Assembly (NCBI GenBank): GCA_001820175.1
Contig: MHOT01000012.1
Span: 124 to 64,123 of the forward strand
Length of the DNA: 64,000 bases
Reading direction: 5' to 3'
Source of the DNA: Candidatus Staskawiczbacteria bacterium RIFCSPHIGHO2_02_FULL_42_22
GTDB lineage: Bacteria > Patescibacteriota > Minisyncoccia > Minisyncoccales > Staskawiczbacteraceae
The position numbers and the translations under genes were made by a program. This document shows, one piece after another, positions 8,774 through 17,296 of this stretch; the first letter of the stretch is position 1, and every line of letters starts with the position of its first letter. The notes below the pieces were generated by a model that made no database searches, was not told the DNA's origin, and saw nothing but the letters and a program-made list of their open reading frames with translations.

Positions 8774-11700
8774 ATGATTAAAAAACCGAAAAAACTAATT
8801 TATTTCTTTGCCGTTTTTTTGATAGGTTTTTTACTGTTAACGGTAAGCTATAGCGCTTTGGCGCTGGAAGTGCAATATCCTCACATTCCGGGATTTTCGG
8901 ATATTAAAAATGGAAGCACCCTACCCGATTATATTAATTATTTCTTTGGCTTTATTATGGTAACGGCCGGAATCATTGCGGTTATTTCCATTGCCATTGG
9001 TGGCCTGCGCATGTTAATTTCTGCCGGTAACCCGGGGGCCCGCGGCGAGGCGATGGACCGGATTTTTGGAGGAGTGCTAGGTATTATTTTATTGATGTTT
9101 TCCTACGTTATTTTAGAGACCATTAATCCCCAGCTGGTGAATTTGCAAGAAACAAGTGTAGTGTCTCTAAACAAAGGAATGTTTTTAGGAGAGCCGAAGG
9201 AGGGACAGGCCATGAATAATAATTCACACTCCATTACGGCTAATTTCGCCCAAAAATTACTAATAAATAACCCCCTTGCGGTTGCAATCGCGAAAGCCGA
9301 TGGAAGTTTCTATAGCCAATTTAATATTGAAGATTATGATATCACCCCATTGCCCGAATCCATAATTAATAGAACTTTCAAGCCGGGGAGTTTTGTTTGG
9401 AATAATTGTCCGGGGTGTGTTGAAGGAGACGGTCCGGGTAAATTTCTGCGGGTGACATACCGTTCTGAGGGCGAAGAGTTTAACGATGACGATACTGCGG
9501 CAAAGCGTGTTCATTTACCAGACATAGAAACTACTGACGAAAATTTTGACGAGGTTAGCTTCTCTCTTTATGGAGTAAAAGACCTTGATTGGGCCGAAAA
9601 AACGCCGGGGATCTATCTTTTTAAGACCGATGATTGCACGGGCCTGCCCACCCGTGTCATTACTAGCAGCGGGCAAATTCCCCCCGGTTTTCAAAACCAG
9701 GTGCGTTCAGCCCAGATTCTTAATGGGAATGAAGAGGGAGACCCCCGCTACGGATTTATTTTAAACACCAGCCCCGATTTAAAGGGCACCTGCAGCCAGC
9801 CGTTTATGAATTATGAGGCCAGCGACCCTGATTACGAGGACGGAGAAGACCATGATTCCGAAGACGAAGCCCCGTGTTTTCCAATTATTAACGACTCACC
9901 TTCGTGCGATTTTACGGTCCCCCAAACCCATAATGTATGCGTTAACCAAACCTGTACCCAAGTAGACGGAGTGGGGGACAATGCCTGCAACACTAGTTCC
10001 GACTGCCTGCCCCAAACCCACAACGAATGCGTCAACCAGGCCTGTCAAGAGATAAGCGGAGCTGGCGATAATAAATGTACCAGCAACAGCGAATGTCTTC
10101 CTACGTGTAATACCGATACACAAAAGTGCGAGGTGGGGGGCGGAGGAAAGAGTTGTAATTCTGATTCAGAATGTACAACTTCTGTTCATAACGAATGCGT
10201 CAACCAGGCCTGCCAAGAGGTAAGTGGAGCTGGCGATAATAAATGTACCAGCAATAGCGAATGTCTTCCTACGTGTAATACCGATACACAAAAGTGCGAG
10301 GTGGGGGGCGGAGGAAAGAGTTGTAATTCTGATTCCGAGTGCACACCGCAACTGGCAGTATTGACCATAAAAAAAGTGGTTGATAATGCGGGGGTTGGGA
10401 ACTCTAATTGCGAAAGTTTTCAGACCTATCGTCTATTTGATTATAATCACTCTGAATGGCTTGGGCTTAACCTATGTCCATCGGGTACGGTGGATATACC
10501 GCTTGAAGCAGGTTATTATGCATTTATGGAAAATGAGCGCAGGCCCCCCTACAAGGCAACTTATGAAGGCGCATGCCCCAGCACCAATATTATCCAAGTA
10601 ACCGAAGGCCAAAATGCCACCTGTACGGTTACTAATACATATAGTTATGGATGCAATAGCCAAAACCAATGTGTTGAAGGGGGCACGGTTAAAGGTTGTG
10701 ATATTGCCAACGGTGATGCCGACTGCACTGCGCCAACTGGCAAATGTAGCACTAACCCTAGCCAGACCTATACTTGTTCTCCGTCAAATAATGGCGCCCC
10801 TTGCACCTCTGCCAATGTATGTAAACCAAGATGCAATAGCCAAAACAAATGCGTTCAGGGGCTTACTGAAGGGCCAGAATGCAGTAATCTTGGCGGTGAC
10901 TGTACTGCATCCATTCTTGTAACAAAAGAATGTGATCCGGTTGGTGATCAAGGGCGCTTTATTATGAGAAAGGACGGTCAGAATATGAATGGCCCAAACA
11001 CTCCGGATATAGGATGTGGCGAAAGCGCAAGCGCCCAAGTAACACCGGGAAGAGATTATATCATAAGCGAAGCTCCTGGAAACAGTACCACTGATCTCTC
11101 TAAATATGATACAGTTATTGGCGGGGAATGCGACCGAAGCGGCCGATTTACTGCGAAGGTAGGTGTTAATAGGTGTACCATCACCAATAACAAGAAACAT
11201 GCGTATTTGCAAATAAAAAAAGAGTGCAGTCCCACAGATGATACTGGTCACTTTGACTTGCGAATTGATGGCATAACGACTTATAGTCAGAATATGGATT
11301 GTGTAAATAATACCACTACTCCACGTAGAGATGTGGGTACTGGAACCCATACCGTCAGTGAACTTGCGGGAAGTAATACCAATCTTTTCGATTACACCAC
11401 TACTATTGATTGCGGTTCGGGGGCGACCAGCGGAACTAGTAAAACTATCACCCTGCAAAAAGATGATGATAAACTCTGCACTATTACCAACACTAAAAAA
11501 CCACCCGGTTCCGCGTCTATAAAAGTAGTAAAACAGTGTAATCCGAGTAGCGACCCAGGTCGTTTTAAAGCAACTATTAATGGCGAAATTGCCAGCAACC
11601 AAGAATTAACATGTACCGGCCCCACGTCATCGGTAACTATTAATGTATCACCCGGAAATTATCTGGTAGGTGAAGTTGCTGGCAGTGGTACCAACCTCTC

Positions 11701-13414
11701 CCAATACAACCCACCGGTGTTTGGTGGGGACTGCACTCAAAGTGGACAAATTATTGCGGAAGTAGGAAAAACGAATTCATGTATTATTACTAATAGCCCC
11801 AAAACTGCTTCATCAGCAACCCTGCGTTTTCATAAGACCGTATTTAATAGCGACAACAATGGTAGTCCCGATTATTCTCCTAATGATTTCGGACCATTTA
11901 CCCTGCAAAATACATCTCGTTCATATACATTTAATGTAGATGCAAGCGGCGATGCCATAATTACTAATATTGTACCCGATACATATTCTATTATTGAAAA
12001 TTATCAAGATTATTATGAGGCAACTTATACCGGAACCGGTGGAGCATGTAACGGCAATAATATCATACCTTTAGGACCAGGAGAAACAAAGGAGTGCATT
12101 ATTTTTAATAGGTGGGAGGGAGGAATATTAGTGTTACATAAAATTATAAAGGATGGTGATTTAAAAAGCGAAGATTTTCTGCCATTTATTTACGATGCAG
12201 ACTTGGATTATGGTCAATTCTATACTTGGGGAGTACCAATACCAGTTTATGCTGGTCATCAGTTGTACGTCTCTGAAATCATACCTGCTAATTCTAATTA
12301 TACCGGCCAATTTGCTCCCCCAAGCGATTGCGATGCAAATGGAGGCATTATTCTTGACGTAGACCAATGGGCGGATTGCAATATTACTAATACCTATCAA
12401 CCTAGCCCATCAGACACAATGTTAACGGTAATAAAAAAAGTAGTGGGAGGACCACTGGATGGGCAATCAAGCCAGTTCCGGATGACCATCGCTGGTTCTG
12501 CTGGCCCTGCCGTACAGGGAGATAATTCTTTTCCTGGCACAGATGACCCCGGCACCCCAAAGATGTTATCTATAACTGGCCCTACCGACTACCGCGTCGA
12601 AGAATCATCGGTCAGCGGTTACACAATGACATATTATAATAATTGCTCAGGTACCATAAACCCGGGGGATCACATCATCTGCAGTATTACTAATACTTAT
12701 CAATTAGGAGCAGGATTAATAAACCCTCAAAACGCTATTTTGGCTAATGTTTCAACCAGTATTATTAATAAAATAAGGCCAGAAATAATTTCTCTTGCCT
12801 CACCCATGCGCATCCGGCTTGCCGCCACGGTTGATGATAGGGGAGGCGTCGGTAGCGACCCTATCGCATTCCCCGCCAGTTATATTTATGTTATTAAGGG
12901 TTACAACCCTGGCAATCCGGAGTTTGATACCCCGGGAACCGGGGTAAGCTTGTATGCCGGCACGCGCTACAAATACCTTCCACCTTCCACTATTAAACAA
13001 CACTTTATTTTAGATGGGACAACTGATTGCGACGACACCTATCAAACCTGCTGGCCCTACACCAACACCGACGATTTATTAAAAGAAATTGGCGATATCC
13101 AGCCGGGTTTTGGTCAAAACCAGGATATCTGCAAGCGAACCTATATTTACCCCTGCACCCAGTACATCGACCACCAGGGAAGCTACCTTACGGTTTTATA
13201 CACCCAAAACCAGGGAAACCCCTACAACCAAACCTGCAGCACTTTCATTAATTCGGTTGACTTTATCAGGGACACCAATAATATTCCCATAGGTAGCACA
13301 CCTATTAACAATCCCTTGCCCACCAATTCTAATATTGATGTAAATAGCGATATTAGTATTTTTGATAATAATAAATACGTCTGCAGAGTGGATATCTTCC
13401 CAATACTGCCGTAG
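8774..13414 (+). CDS. giant surface protein: VirB2/TrbC-like pilin N-terminal module fused to ~1400-aa cysteine-rich and repeat-rich extracellular region (putative T4SS-anchored adhesin)
   Basis: N-terminus has signal/TM, helix YINYFFGFIMVTAGIIAVISIAIGGLRMLISAG, short charged loop NPGARGEAMDRIF and a second helix GGVLGIILLMFSYVIL (VirB2/TrbC-like). These are followed by an acidic linker and four CxNQxCQxxxGAGDNKCTSNSECLP modules. After that come ten or more ~100-aa beta-rich repeats ending in C.ITNT. Confidence 0.5.
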   Translation: MIKKPKKLIYFFAVFLIGFLLLTVSYSALALEVQYPHIPGFSDIKNGSTLPDYINYFFGFIMVTAGIIAVISIAIGGLRMLISAGNPGARGEAMDRIFGGVLGIILLMFSYVILETINPQLVNLQETSVVSLNKGMFLGEPKEGQAMNNNSHSITANFAQKLLINNPLAVAIAKADGSFYSQFNIEDYDITPLPESIINRTFKPGSFVWNNCPGCVEGDGPGKFLRVTYRSEGEEFNDDDTAAKRVHLPDIETTDENFDEVSFSLYGVKDLDWAEKTPGIYLFKTDDCTGLPTRVITSSGQIPPGFQNQVRSAQILNGNEEGDPRYGFILNTSPDLKGTCSQPFMNYEASDPDYEDGEDHDSEDEAPCFPIINDSPSCDFTVPQTHNVCVNQTCTQVDGVGDNACNTSSDCLPQTHNECVNQACQEISGAGDNKCTSNSECLPTCNTDTQKCEVGGGGKSCNSDSECTTSVHNECVNQACQEVSGAGDNKCTSNSECLPTCNTDTQKCEVGGGGKSCNSDSECTPQLAVLTIKKVVDNAGVGNSNCESFQTYRLFDYNHSEWLGLNLCPSGTVDIPLEAGYYAFMENERRPPYKATYEGACPSTNIIQVTEGQNATCTVTNTYSYGCNSQNQCVEGGTVKGCDIANGDADCTAPTGKCSTNPSQTYTCSPSNNGAPCTSANVCKPRCNSQNKCVQGLTEGPECSNLGGDCTASILVTKECDPVGDQGRFIMRKDGQNMNGPNTPDIGCGESASAQVTPGRDYIISEAPGNSTTDLSKYDTVIGGECDRSGRFTAKVGVNRCTITNNKKHAYLQIKKECSPTDDTGHFDLRIDGITTYSQNMDCVNNTTTPRRDVGTGTHTVSELAGSNTNLFDYTTTIDCGSGATSGTSKTITLQKDDDKLCTITNTKKPPGSASIKVVKQCNPSSDPGRFKATINGEIASNQELTCTGPTSSVTINVSPGNYLVGEVAGSGTNLSQYNPPVFGGDCTQSGQIIAEVGKTNSCIITNSPKTASSATLRFHKTVFNSDNNGSPDYSPNDFGPFTLQNTSRSYTFNVDASGDAIITNIVPDTYSIIENYQDYYEATYTGTGGACNGNNIIPLGPGETKECIIFNRWEGGILVLHKIIKDGDLKSEDFLPFIYDADLDYGQFYTWGVPIPVYAGHQLYVSEIIPANSNYTGQFAPPSDCDANGGIILDVDQWADCNITNTYQPSPSDTMLTVIKKVVGGPLDGQSSQFRMTIAGSAGPAVQGDNSFPGTDDPGTPKMLSITGPTDYRVEESSVSGYTMTYYNNCSGTINPGDHIICSITNTYQLGAGLINPQNAILANVSTSIINKIRPEIISLASPMRIRLAATVDDRGGVGSDPIAFPASYIYVIKGYNPGNPEFDTPGTGVSLYAGTRYKYLPPSTIKQHFILDGTTDCDDTYQTCWPYTNTDDLLKEIGDIQPGFGQNQDICKRTYIYPCTQYIDHQGSYLTVLYTQNQGNPYNQTCSTFINSVDFIRDTNNIPIGSTPINNPLPTNSNIDVNSDISIFDNNKYVCRVDIFPILP
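10008..10340 (+). repeat. near-perfect tandem duplication (~150 bp x2) inside the adhesin CDS
   Basis: cacaacgaatgcgtcaaccaggcctgtcaagag...gattcagaatgtaca is repeated with about 7 substitutions. It encodes a duplicated HNECVNQACQE.SGAGDNKCTSNSECLPTCNTDTQKCEVGGGGKSCNSDSEC module. Confidence 0.8.
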
Positions 13415-13416
13415 TA

Positions 13417-13525
13417 TTACCACTCGTCATTGCGAGGGTTCGAAACCCGAAGCAATCTCCACCTCTCGTCATTGCGAGCCACGGCGAAGTAATCTTATAG
13501 CGATCCCTCACGCCTCGTCATTGCG
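13417..13525. repeat. GC-rich palindromic element, interrupted by IS insertion
   Basis: cgtcattgcgagggttcgaaacccgaagcaatctcc...cgtcattgcgg, then the IS. The remainder of the element (tcattgcgaggagtcctgagc...) resumes at 14597. Confidence 0.6.
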
Positions 13526-14596
13526 GGTATAAAGGTAGGTAACTTGTTGCTAATTTTTGAAGTAGATATACCACTTAAAGAAATCCTTTCGCCTGCCCTT
13601 TAACAATCCGCGATGTTGTCGGTAAATAATTTTTAATCTTGAAAAATATCCCTCGATCTTGTTCGTGGTTGAAGGAATATTTTTATCTTTTAAATAATGG
13701 AACATGCTCGGCAGAGCGTTTATCAATAAATTTCTGGTTGCTTTAAGATCGCTGAAAACTTTATCCTTTGAAGACAGGAGGTTCACCGATTTTCCGTATT
13801 TCCTTTCCCATTTTTGAAAAGTATTTAAGAATATTTTTTTACCTCTTTCATTTTTAATTTTTGTAACAGATAGCAATATATCTCTTAATTTCTTGCTGGC
13901 CTCCAGCTTTGGATTTCTTCTTAACCATGATAACCCCTGCCGTTGAATGTGTGCCAAACATCTTTGTATGATAATATCTGGCCAGACATCTTTAATGGCC
14001 CTCATTACGCTTGTATTGCCATCTACCGTGATAGCCATGGGCATAATGCCGCAGCTCTTTGACTCTTCAAAAATTGATCTTGCATATTCGTAATTTTCTC
14101 TGATACAATATTTATGATTTACGATTTTACCATTCGAATTGTCTATTAGCACCATTAGACAATTTTCATGTTTGAAATATGTCCCATCAAAAAGTAAATA
14201 TTTTATTTGATGGTAATTTAGAGTTTTTTTATCCGGCGCTTTGTTCATCCAAAAAGATAATATTTGTTTTATCTTCCAAATTCCACGACGGCTAATACTG
14301 ACTAATTGCCTTGCCGAATAACCCTCAACAATCCACAGCTCAAACCATTTTCTTTCGTTAAATTCCTTGTTCTTGCGATTATGAAAAGTGTAGGTGTGCT
14401 TACAAATTTTACATCTATACCTCTGGTAACCGCATGAAGTGCGACCAAATAATTTAACATTCAAAGAACCACACTTTAGACAACTTTTTTTTCATAATAT
14501 TGAACTGATTTGATATTATTCCAGATTTTAATTGTAATTTACTCTCAAATTAGCACGAAATCCGCATTTTTAGCAACAAGTTACCTACCTTTATAC
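13526..14596 (-). mobile_element. IS1595-family-like insertion sequence with 27-bp perfect TIRs and 8-bp target duplication
   Basis: TIR gtataaaggtaggtaacttgttgctaa at 13527-13553, with its reverse complement at 14570-14596. The direct repeat tcattgcg occurs at 13518-13525 and 14597-14604. There is a single transposase ORF. Confidence 0.7.
13550..14464 (-). CDS. transposase (N-terminal zinc ribbon plus DDE domain; IS1595-like)
   Basis: C..C...C..C near the N-terminus (CGYQRYRCKICKH). DDE-region motifs LFDGTYF, ITVDGNTSVMRAIKDVWPD and TNKIEGYFSRLK. Length 304 aa. Confidence 0.7.
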   Translation of the reverse strand: MNVKLFGRTSCGYQRYRCKICKHTYTFHNRKNKEFNERKWFELWIVEGYSARQLVSISRRGIWKIKQILSFWMNKAPDKKTLNYHQIKYLLFDGTYFKHENCLMVLIDNSNGKIVNHKYCIRENYEYARSIFEESKSCGIMPMAITVDGNTSVMRAIKDVWPDIIIQRCLAHIQRQGLSWLRRNPKLEASKKLRDILLSVTKIKNERGKKIFLNTFQKWERKYGKSVNLLSSKDKVFSDLKATRNLLINALPSMFHYLKDKNIPSTTNKIEGYFSRLKIIYRQHRGLLKGRRKDFFKWYIYFKN

Positions 14597-14690
14597 TCAT
14601 TGCGAGGAGTCCTGAGCCGCAGCGAAGGACGACGAAGCAATCTAACATTGAACGGAGATTGCTTCACTGCGGCTCGCAATGACGGCGTAA
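14597..14690. repeat. GC-rich palindromic element (right part of IS-disrupted copy plus hairpin)
   Basis: tcattgcgaggagtcctgagccgcagcgaaggacgacgaagcaatctaacattgaacggagattgcttcactgcggctcgcaatgacgg. Confidence 0.65.
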
Positions 14691-14692
14691 CT

Positions 14693-14729
14693 GTAAACAA
14701 AAACGACCCTTGGGATCGTTTTTGTTTAC
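14693..14729. terminator. hairpin downstream of jag
   Basis: gtaaacaaaaacgacccttgggatcgtttttgtttac stem-loop. Confidence 0.4.
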
Positions 14730-14744
14730 AGAATTGTAAAAAAA

Positions 14745-15245
14745 TTATTTGGGACTTATCACAATCCGCCGCTCCGCCCCCTCACCCTGGCTTTCAACTA
14801 TTACCTCTTTATGTGACTCTAATTCAGTATGCACGATTCTCCTTTCATATGAAGACATTGTGGGCAGGGTTATGGGTTTTCCTTGCGCCAGGGCCTCGGA
14901 CACCGAATCATTGGCTATTTTTTTTATGTATTCAATTTTATTTTTTTTGTAGTCGTTAATATCTAAATATACATAAAAAAATTTCCCCAATTTTTTGGCC
15001 AGCATAATTCGCAGCAGGTAATTGAGGTCAAATAGCGTTTGGCCATTTTGGCCAATCAGTATTTGCGGCTCATCCAGCCGCACCTCTATGGTAACACTAT
15101 CAACCACTTCTTTTTGATCGGCATTATCTTCTGGGGCCTGGCCGGCCTTATGCTCAATATTAATGTCTTGAACTGGTAGCGTCAATTTTTGGAAAAATTC
15201 TGACACCGTTTCGCGTATATTTTTTATGTCTTGATCGTCTATCAT
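14745..15245 (-). CDS. khpB: RNA-binding protein Jag/KhpB (KH + R3H domains)
   Basis: C-terminal R3H motif ITLPTMSSYERRIVHTEL. Conserved position downstream of yidC. Confidence 0.7.
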   Translation of the reverse strand: MIDDQDIKNIRETVSEFFQKLTLPVQDINIEHKAGQAPEDNADQKEVVDSVTIEVRLDEPQILIGQNGQTLFDLNYLLRIMLAKKLGKFFYVYLDINDYKKNKIEYIKKIANDSVSEALAQGKPITLPTMSSYERRIVHTELESHKEVIVESQGEGAERRIVISPK

Positions 15246-15253
15246 AATTAATA

Positions 15254-15410
15254 GACCTGTTGCGTATTAAGGATTTACTGCAAATTGCATATTTCGGCCA
15301 TAAATTTGCTATAATTTTTCGGCGGGCCCTCTAGGCAAGCCGAAAAATTCTATCAAATTTCTGGCTCAAAATCTTCAATTTTCGTAACAATCCTTAATAC
15401 GCAACAGGTC
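15254..15410. repeat. family-C MITE-like element (conserved core ttttcggcgggccctctaggcaagccgaaaaattctatcaaattt, self-complementary termini), copy 1
   Basis: Termini are gacctgttgcgtattaaggatt and aatccttaatacgcaacaggtc. TA on both flanks. Confidence 0.65.
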
Positions 15411-15451
15411 TAATTCTTTAAATGTAACCTCTTGCGCCTCTCCCATATATA

Positions 15452-15550
15452 CTCGTCGTCATTGCGAGCGAGCGGCCGCAGCCGCGAGCGCGGCAATCTC
15501 CTTTTTTTTACGGGGATTGCTTCGGGCCTGCGGGTCCTCGCAATGACGAG
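15452..15550. repeat. GC-rich palindromic element overlapping the 3' end of yidC
   Basis: cgtcgtcattgcgagcgagcggccgcagccgcgagcgcggcaatctcc...ggggattgcttcgggcctgcgggtcctcgcaatgacgag. The yidC stop codon (15508) lies inside the element. Confidence 0.65.
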
Positions 15551-16287
15551 ATAGGGGGAATTACTTTTATATTTTTTGATCTTTTGAGAATAAACCATTG
15601 CTGCGCCATGGAAAATAATCCGCTTACAATCCAATATAGTCCCAGCGCCGATGGTAATTTTATAAGAATAATCACGGTAATAATAGGAAAAAGATATACC
15701 ATTTGTTTTTGCATCATGGATGCAATATCAGGGCCACTTTTTGCCACCCCCTTAATTGTCTTGGGAAGCAGCATTTTTGTTTGAAAAAATTGTACGGCTC
15801 CCGCCAACACTGCAAATATCATATTAGGGTCGCCTAGGTTAATAAGCCCCAGAAACATTGTGTTAATCTGCACGGGGTTTACCACAAATTGATATAAATG
15901 AGAAAGCTCTTCTGGTTTTAATCCATTCCAAAATACCCGATACAGGGCGATAAGAATAGGGAGTTGTATCAAGGCCAAAAAAAGGCCTGAAAACGGGTTT
16001 ATCTTTTCCCTGCGGTATAATTCCAGGGTCTCTTTGGCTTGCTTTTCCTTATCGTCTTTATATTTTTTTTGCAGTTCCCGCAACTGCGGCTGCAATTTTT
16101 GCATAGCCGCCTGAGAGGCAACGGCTTTCACTGAAAGCGGATAGATAATAATCCGAATAATCACTGTAAGAATAATAATAGCGATGCCAAAATCGTGGCC
16201 AGGCACATAATTATAAATAATCACCAGGAAATTAAAGAGGGGAAAGTATAAAAAAAAATCGAAAAAATTTACAATAAATTGGAACAT
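15508..16287 (-). CDS. yidC: membrane protein insertase YidC (short form); last ~18 codons encoded by a GC-rich repeat
   Basis: Multi-TM Oxa1/YidC pattern with conserved loop PQLRELQKKYKDDKEKQAKETLELYRREKINPFSG. The C-terminus ...SLRGPAGPKQSP is read from the repeat. Confidence 0.8.
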   Translation of the reverse strand: MFQFIVNFFDFFLYFPLFNFLVIIYNYVPGHDFGIAIIILTVIIRIIIYPLSVKAVASQAAMQKLQPQLRELQKKYKDDKEKQAKETLELYRREKINPFSGLFLALIQLPILIALYRVFWNGLKPEELSHLYQFVVNPVQINTMFLGLINLGDPNMIFAVLAGAVQFFQTKMLLPKTIKGVAKSGPDIASMMQKQMVYLFPIITVIILIKLPSALGLYWIVSGLFSMAQQWFILKRSKNIKVIPPISSLRGPAGPKQSP

Positions 16288-16440
16288 TATTACTTAATTT
16301 CTAATTATTCTAATTATTCTAATTAACCTAATCAAATATCAATAACTAAAATACTTAAATCCTAAAACGGTTTAGAGATTAGGTATTCACTTATTGGATA
16401 TTGATTAGAATAATTAGGTTAATTAGAAATTAGAATAATT
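16288..16440. repeat. AT-rich inverted-repeat spacer (empty cassette-like) between yidC and rnpA
   Basis: ttctaattattctaattattctaattaacctaatcaaat is mirrored by attgattagaataattaggttaattagaaattagaataatt. Same sequence style as the arms of cassette 1. Confidence 0.55.
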
Positions 16441-16779
16441 TTATATTATTCCCATCTTTCTAAAAGAATCACTGACGGTTTTCTGTATCTCTAAAAACTC
16501 TCTTTTCTCGATTCCAGCCAAACTAATAACAATAACATCAAATGATCCGTTTAATTCCCCCAATAAACCCGCAACTGCGTCTCGTAATCTCCTTTTTACC
16601 CTATTGCGTACTACGGCTTTTGGTGAAACCTTCTTACTGACCACAAAACCAAAGCGACTGGAAGGTAAATTATTTTTCACAGCTTTTACCAGTAAAAAAT
16701 CCTGCTTGACGCCCTTTCCCCCAGTAAAAACCTTATCGAAATCCTTTTTTTTGGTAAGTCGGTTTATTTTTGGCAACAC
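16441..16779 (-). CDS. rnpA: ribonuclease P protein component
   Basis: 112-aa basic protein with the RNR motif (RNRVKRRLRDA). Sits between rpmH and yidC. Confidence 0.75.
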   Translation of the reverse strand: MLPKINRLTKKKDFDKVFTGGKGVKQDFLLVKAVKNNLPSSRFGFVVSKKVSPKAVVRNRVKRRLRDAVAGLLGELNGSFDVIVISLAGIEKREFLEIQKTVSDSFRKMGII

Positions 16780-16899
16780 TTCTGCAAATTATCAATTATC
16801 AATTTTCAATGACCAATTTTCAATAACGGCGTCAATTGATAATTAGATAATTTAGAAATTGATTGATACTTGATAATTGATAATTGATAATTTCCACAT
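16780..16899. repeat. AT-rich inverted-repeat spacer between rnpA and rpmH
   Basis: tatcaattatcaattttcaatgaccaattttcaat is mirrored by attgatacttgataattgataattgataatt. Same sequence style as the arms of cassette 3. Confidence 0.55.
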
Positions 16900-17034
16900 T
16901 TACACCGAAAGCTTCTTCCTTCCCTTAGCTCTTCTTCGCGCCAAAACCTGTTTGCCTTTCTTGGTTTGCTTGCGCACTAAAAAACCGTGGGTTTTTTTTC
17001 TTTTTTTCTTCTTGGGGTTATACGTAAAACTCAT
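16900..17034 (-). CDS. rpmH: 50S ribosomal protein L34
   Basis: Hand translation of the minus strand gives [44 protein letters not shown]. Missed by the ORF track (below the length cutoff). Confidence 0.85.
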   Translation of the reverse strand: MSFTYNPKKKKRKKTHGFLVRKQTKKGKQVLARRRAKGRKKLSV

Positions 17035-17296
17035 AATTGTATAATTCTCTTAATTAATATAATATGGTTACTATAGTATAAAAAAATCCCCGAGTCAATT
17101 GTGTAATTGCGCGTTTAATTTATTGTGCGTCTACCTTAAAATGTATCACACATATTATCCCCATCTTATCAACAACCTAGGTTTATTCTATTTTAATTTG
17201 ACTCGCGGGTTCAGTATTTGATATTTATATTATATAGTTTCTAAAAAAATAACTGCGTAATTTTGCGTTAATTTCCGCGTTTTTGCGCGACCATGT
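17035..17296. promoter_or_regulatory. dnaA upstream region with candidate DnaA boxes (oriC candidate)
   Basis: TTATCCCCA and TTATCAACA (17171-17193) each differ from TTATCCACA by one base. Divergent rpmH/dnaA arrangement. Confidence 0.45.

Noticed and set aside
9896-10370. CRISPR-like regularly spaced repeats at ~10000-10340
   Set aside because: The repeats are long (~150 bp), in frame, and encode Cys-rich protein modules of the adhesin. No short direct repeats with unique spacers and no cas genes.
14510-14959. ORF 14510..14959 (+) overlapping the IS terminus, a repeat and the jag gene
   Set aside because: It spans three unrelated elements and runs antisense to a well-supported jag gene. 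Frame artefact.
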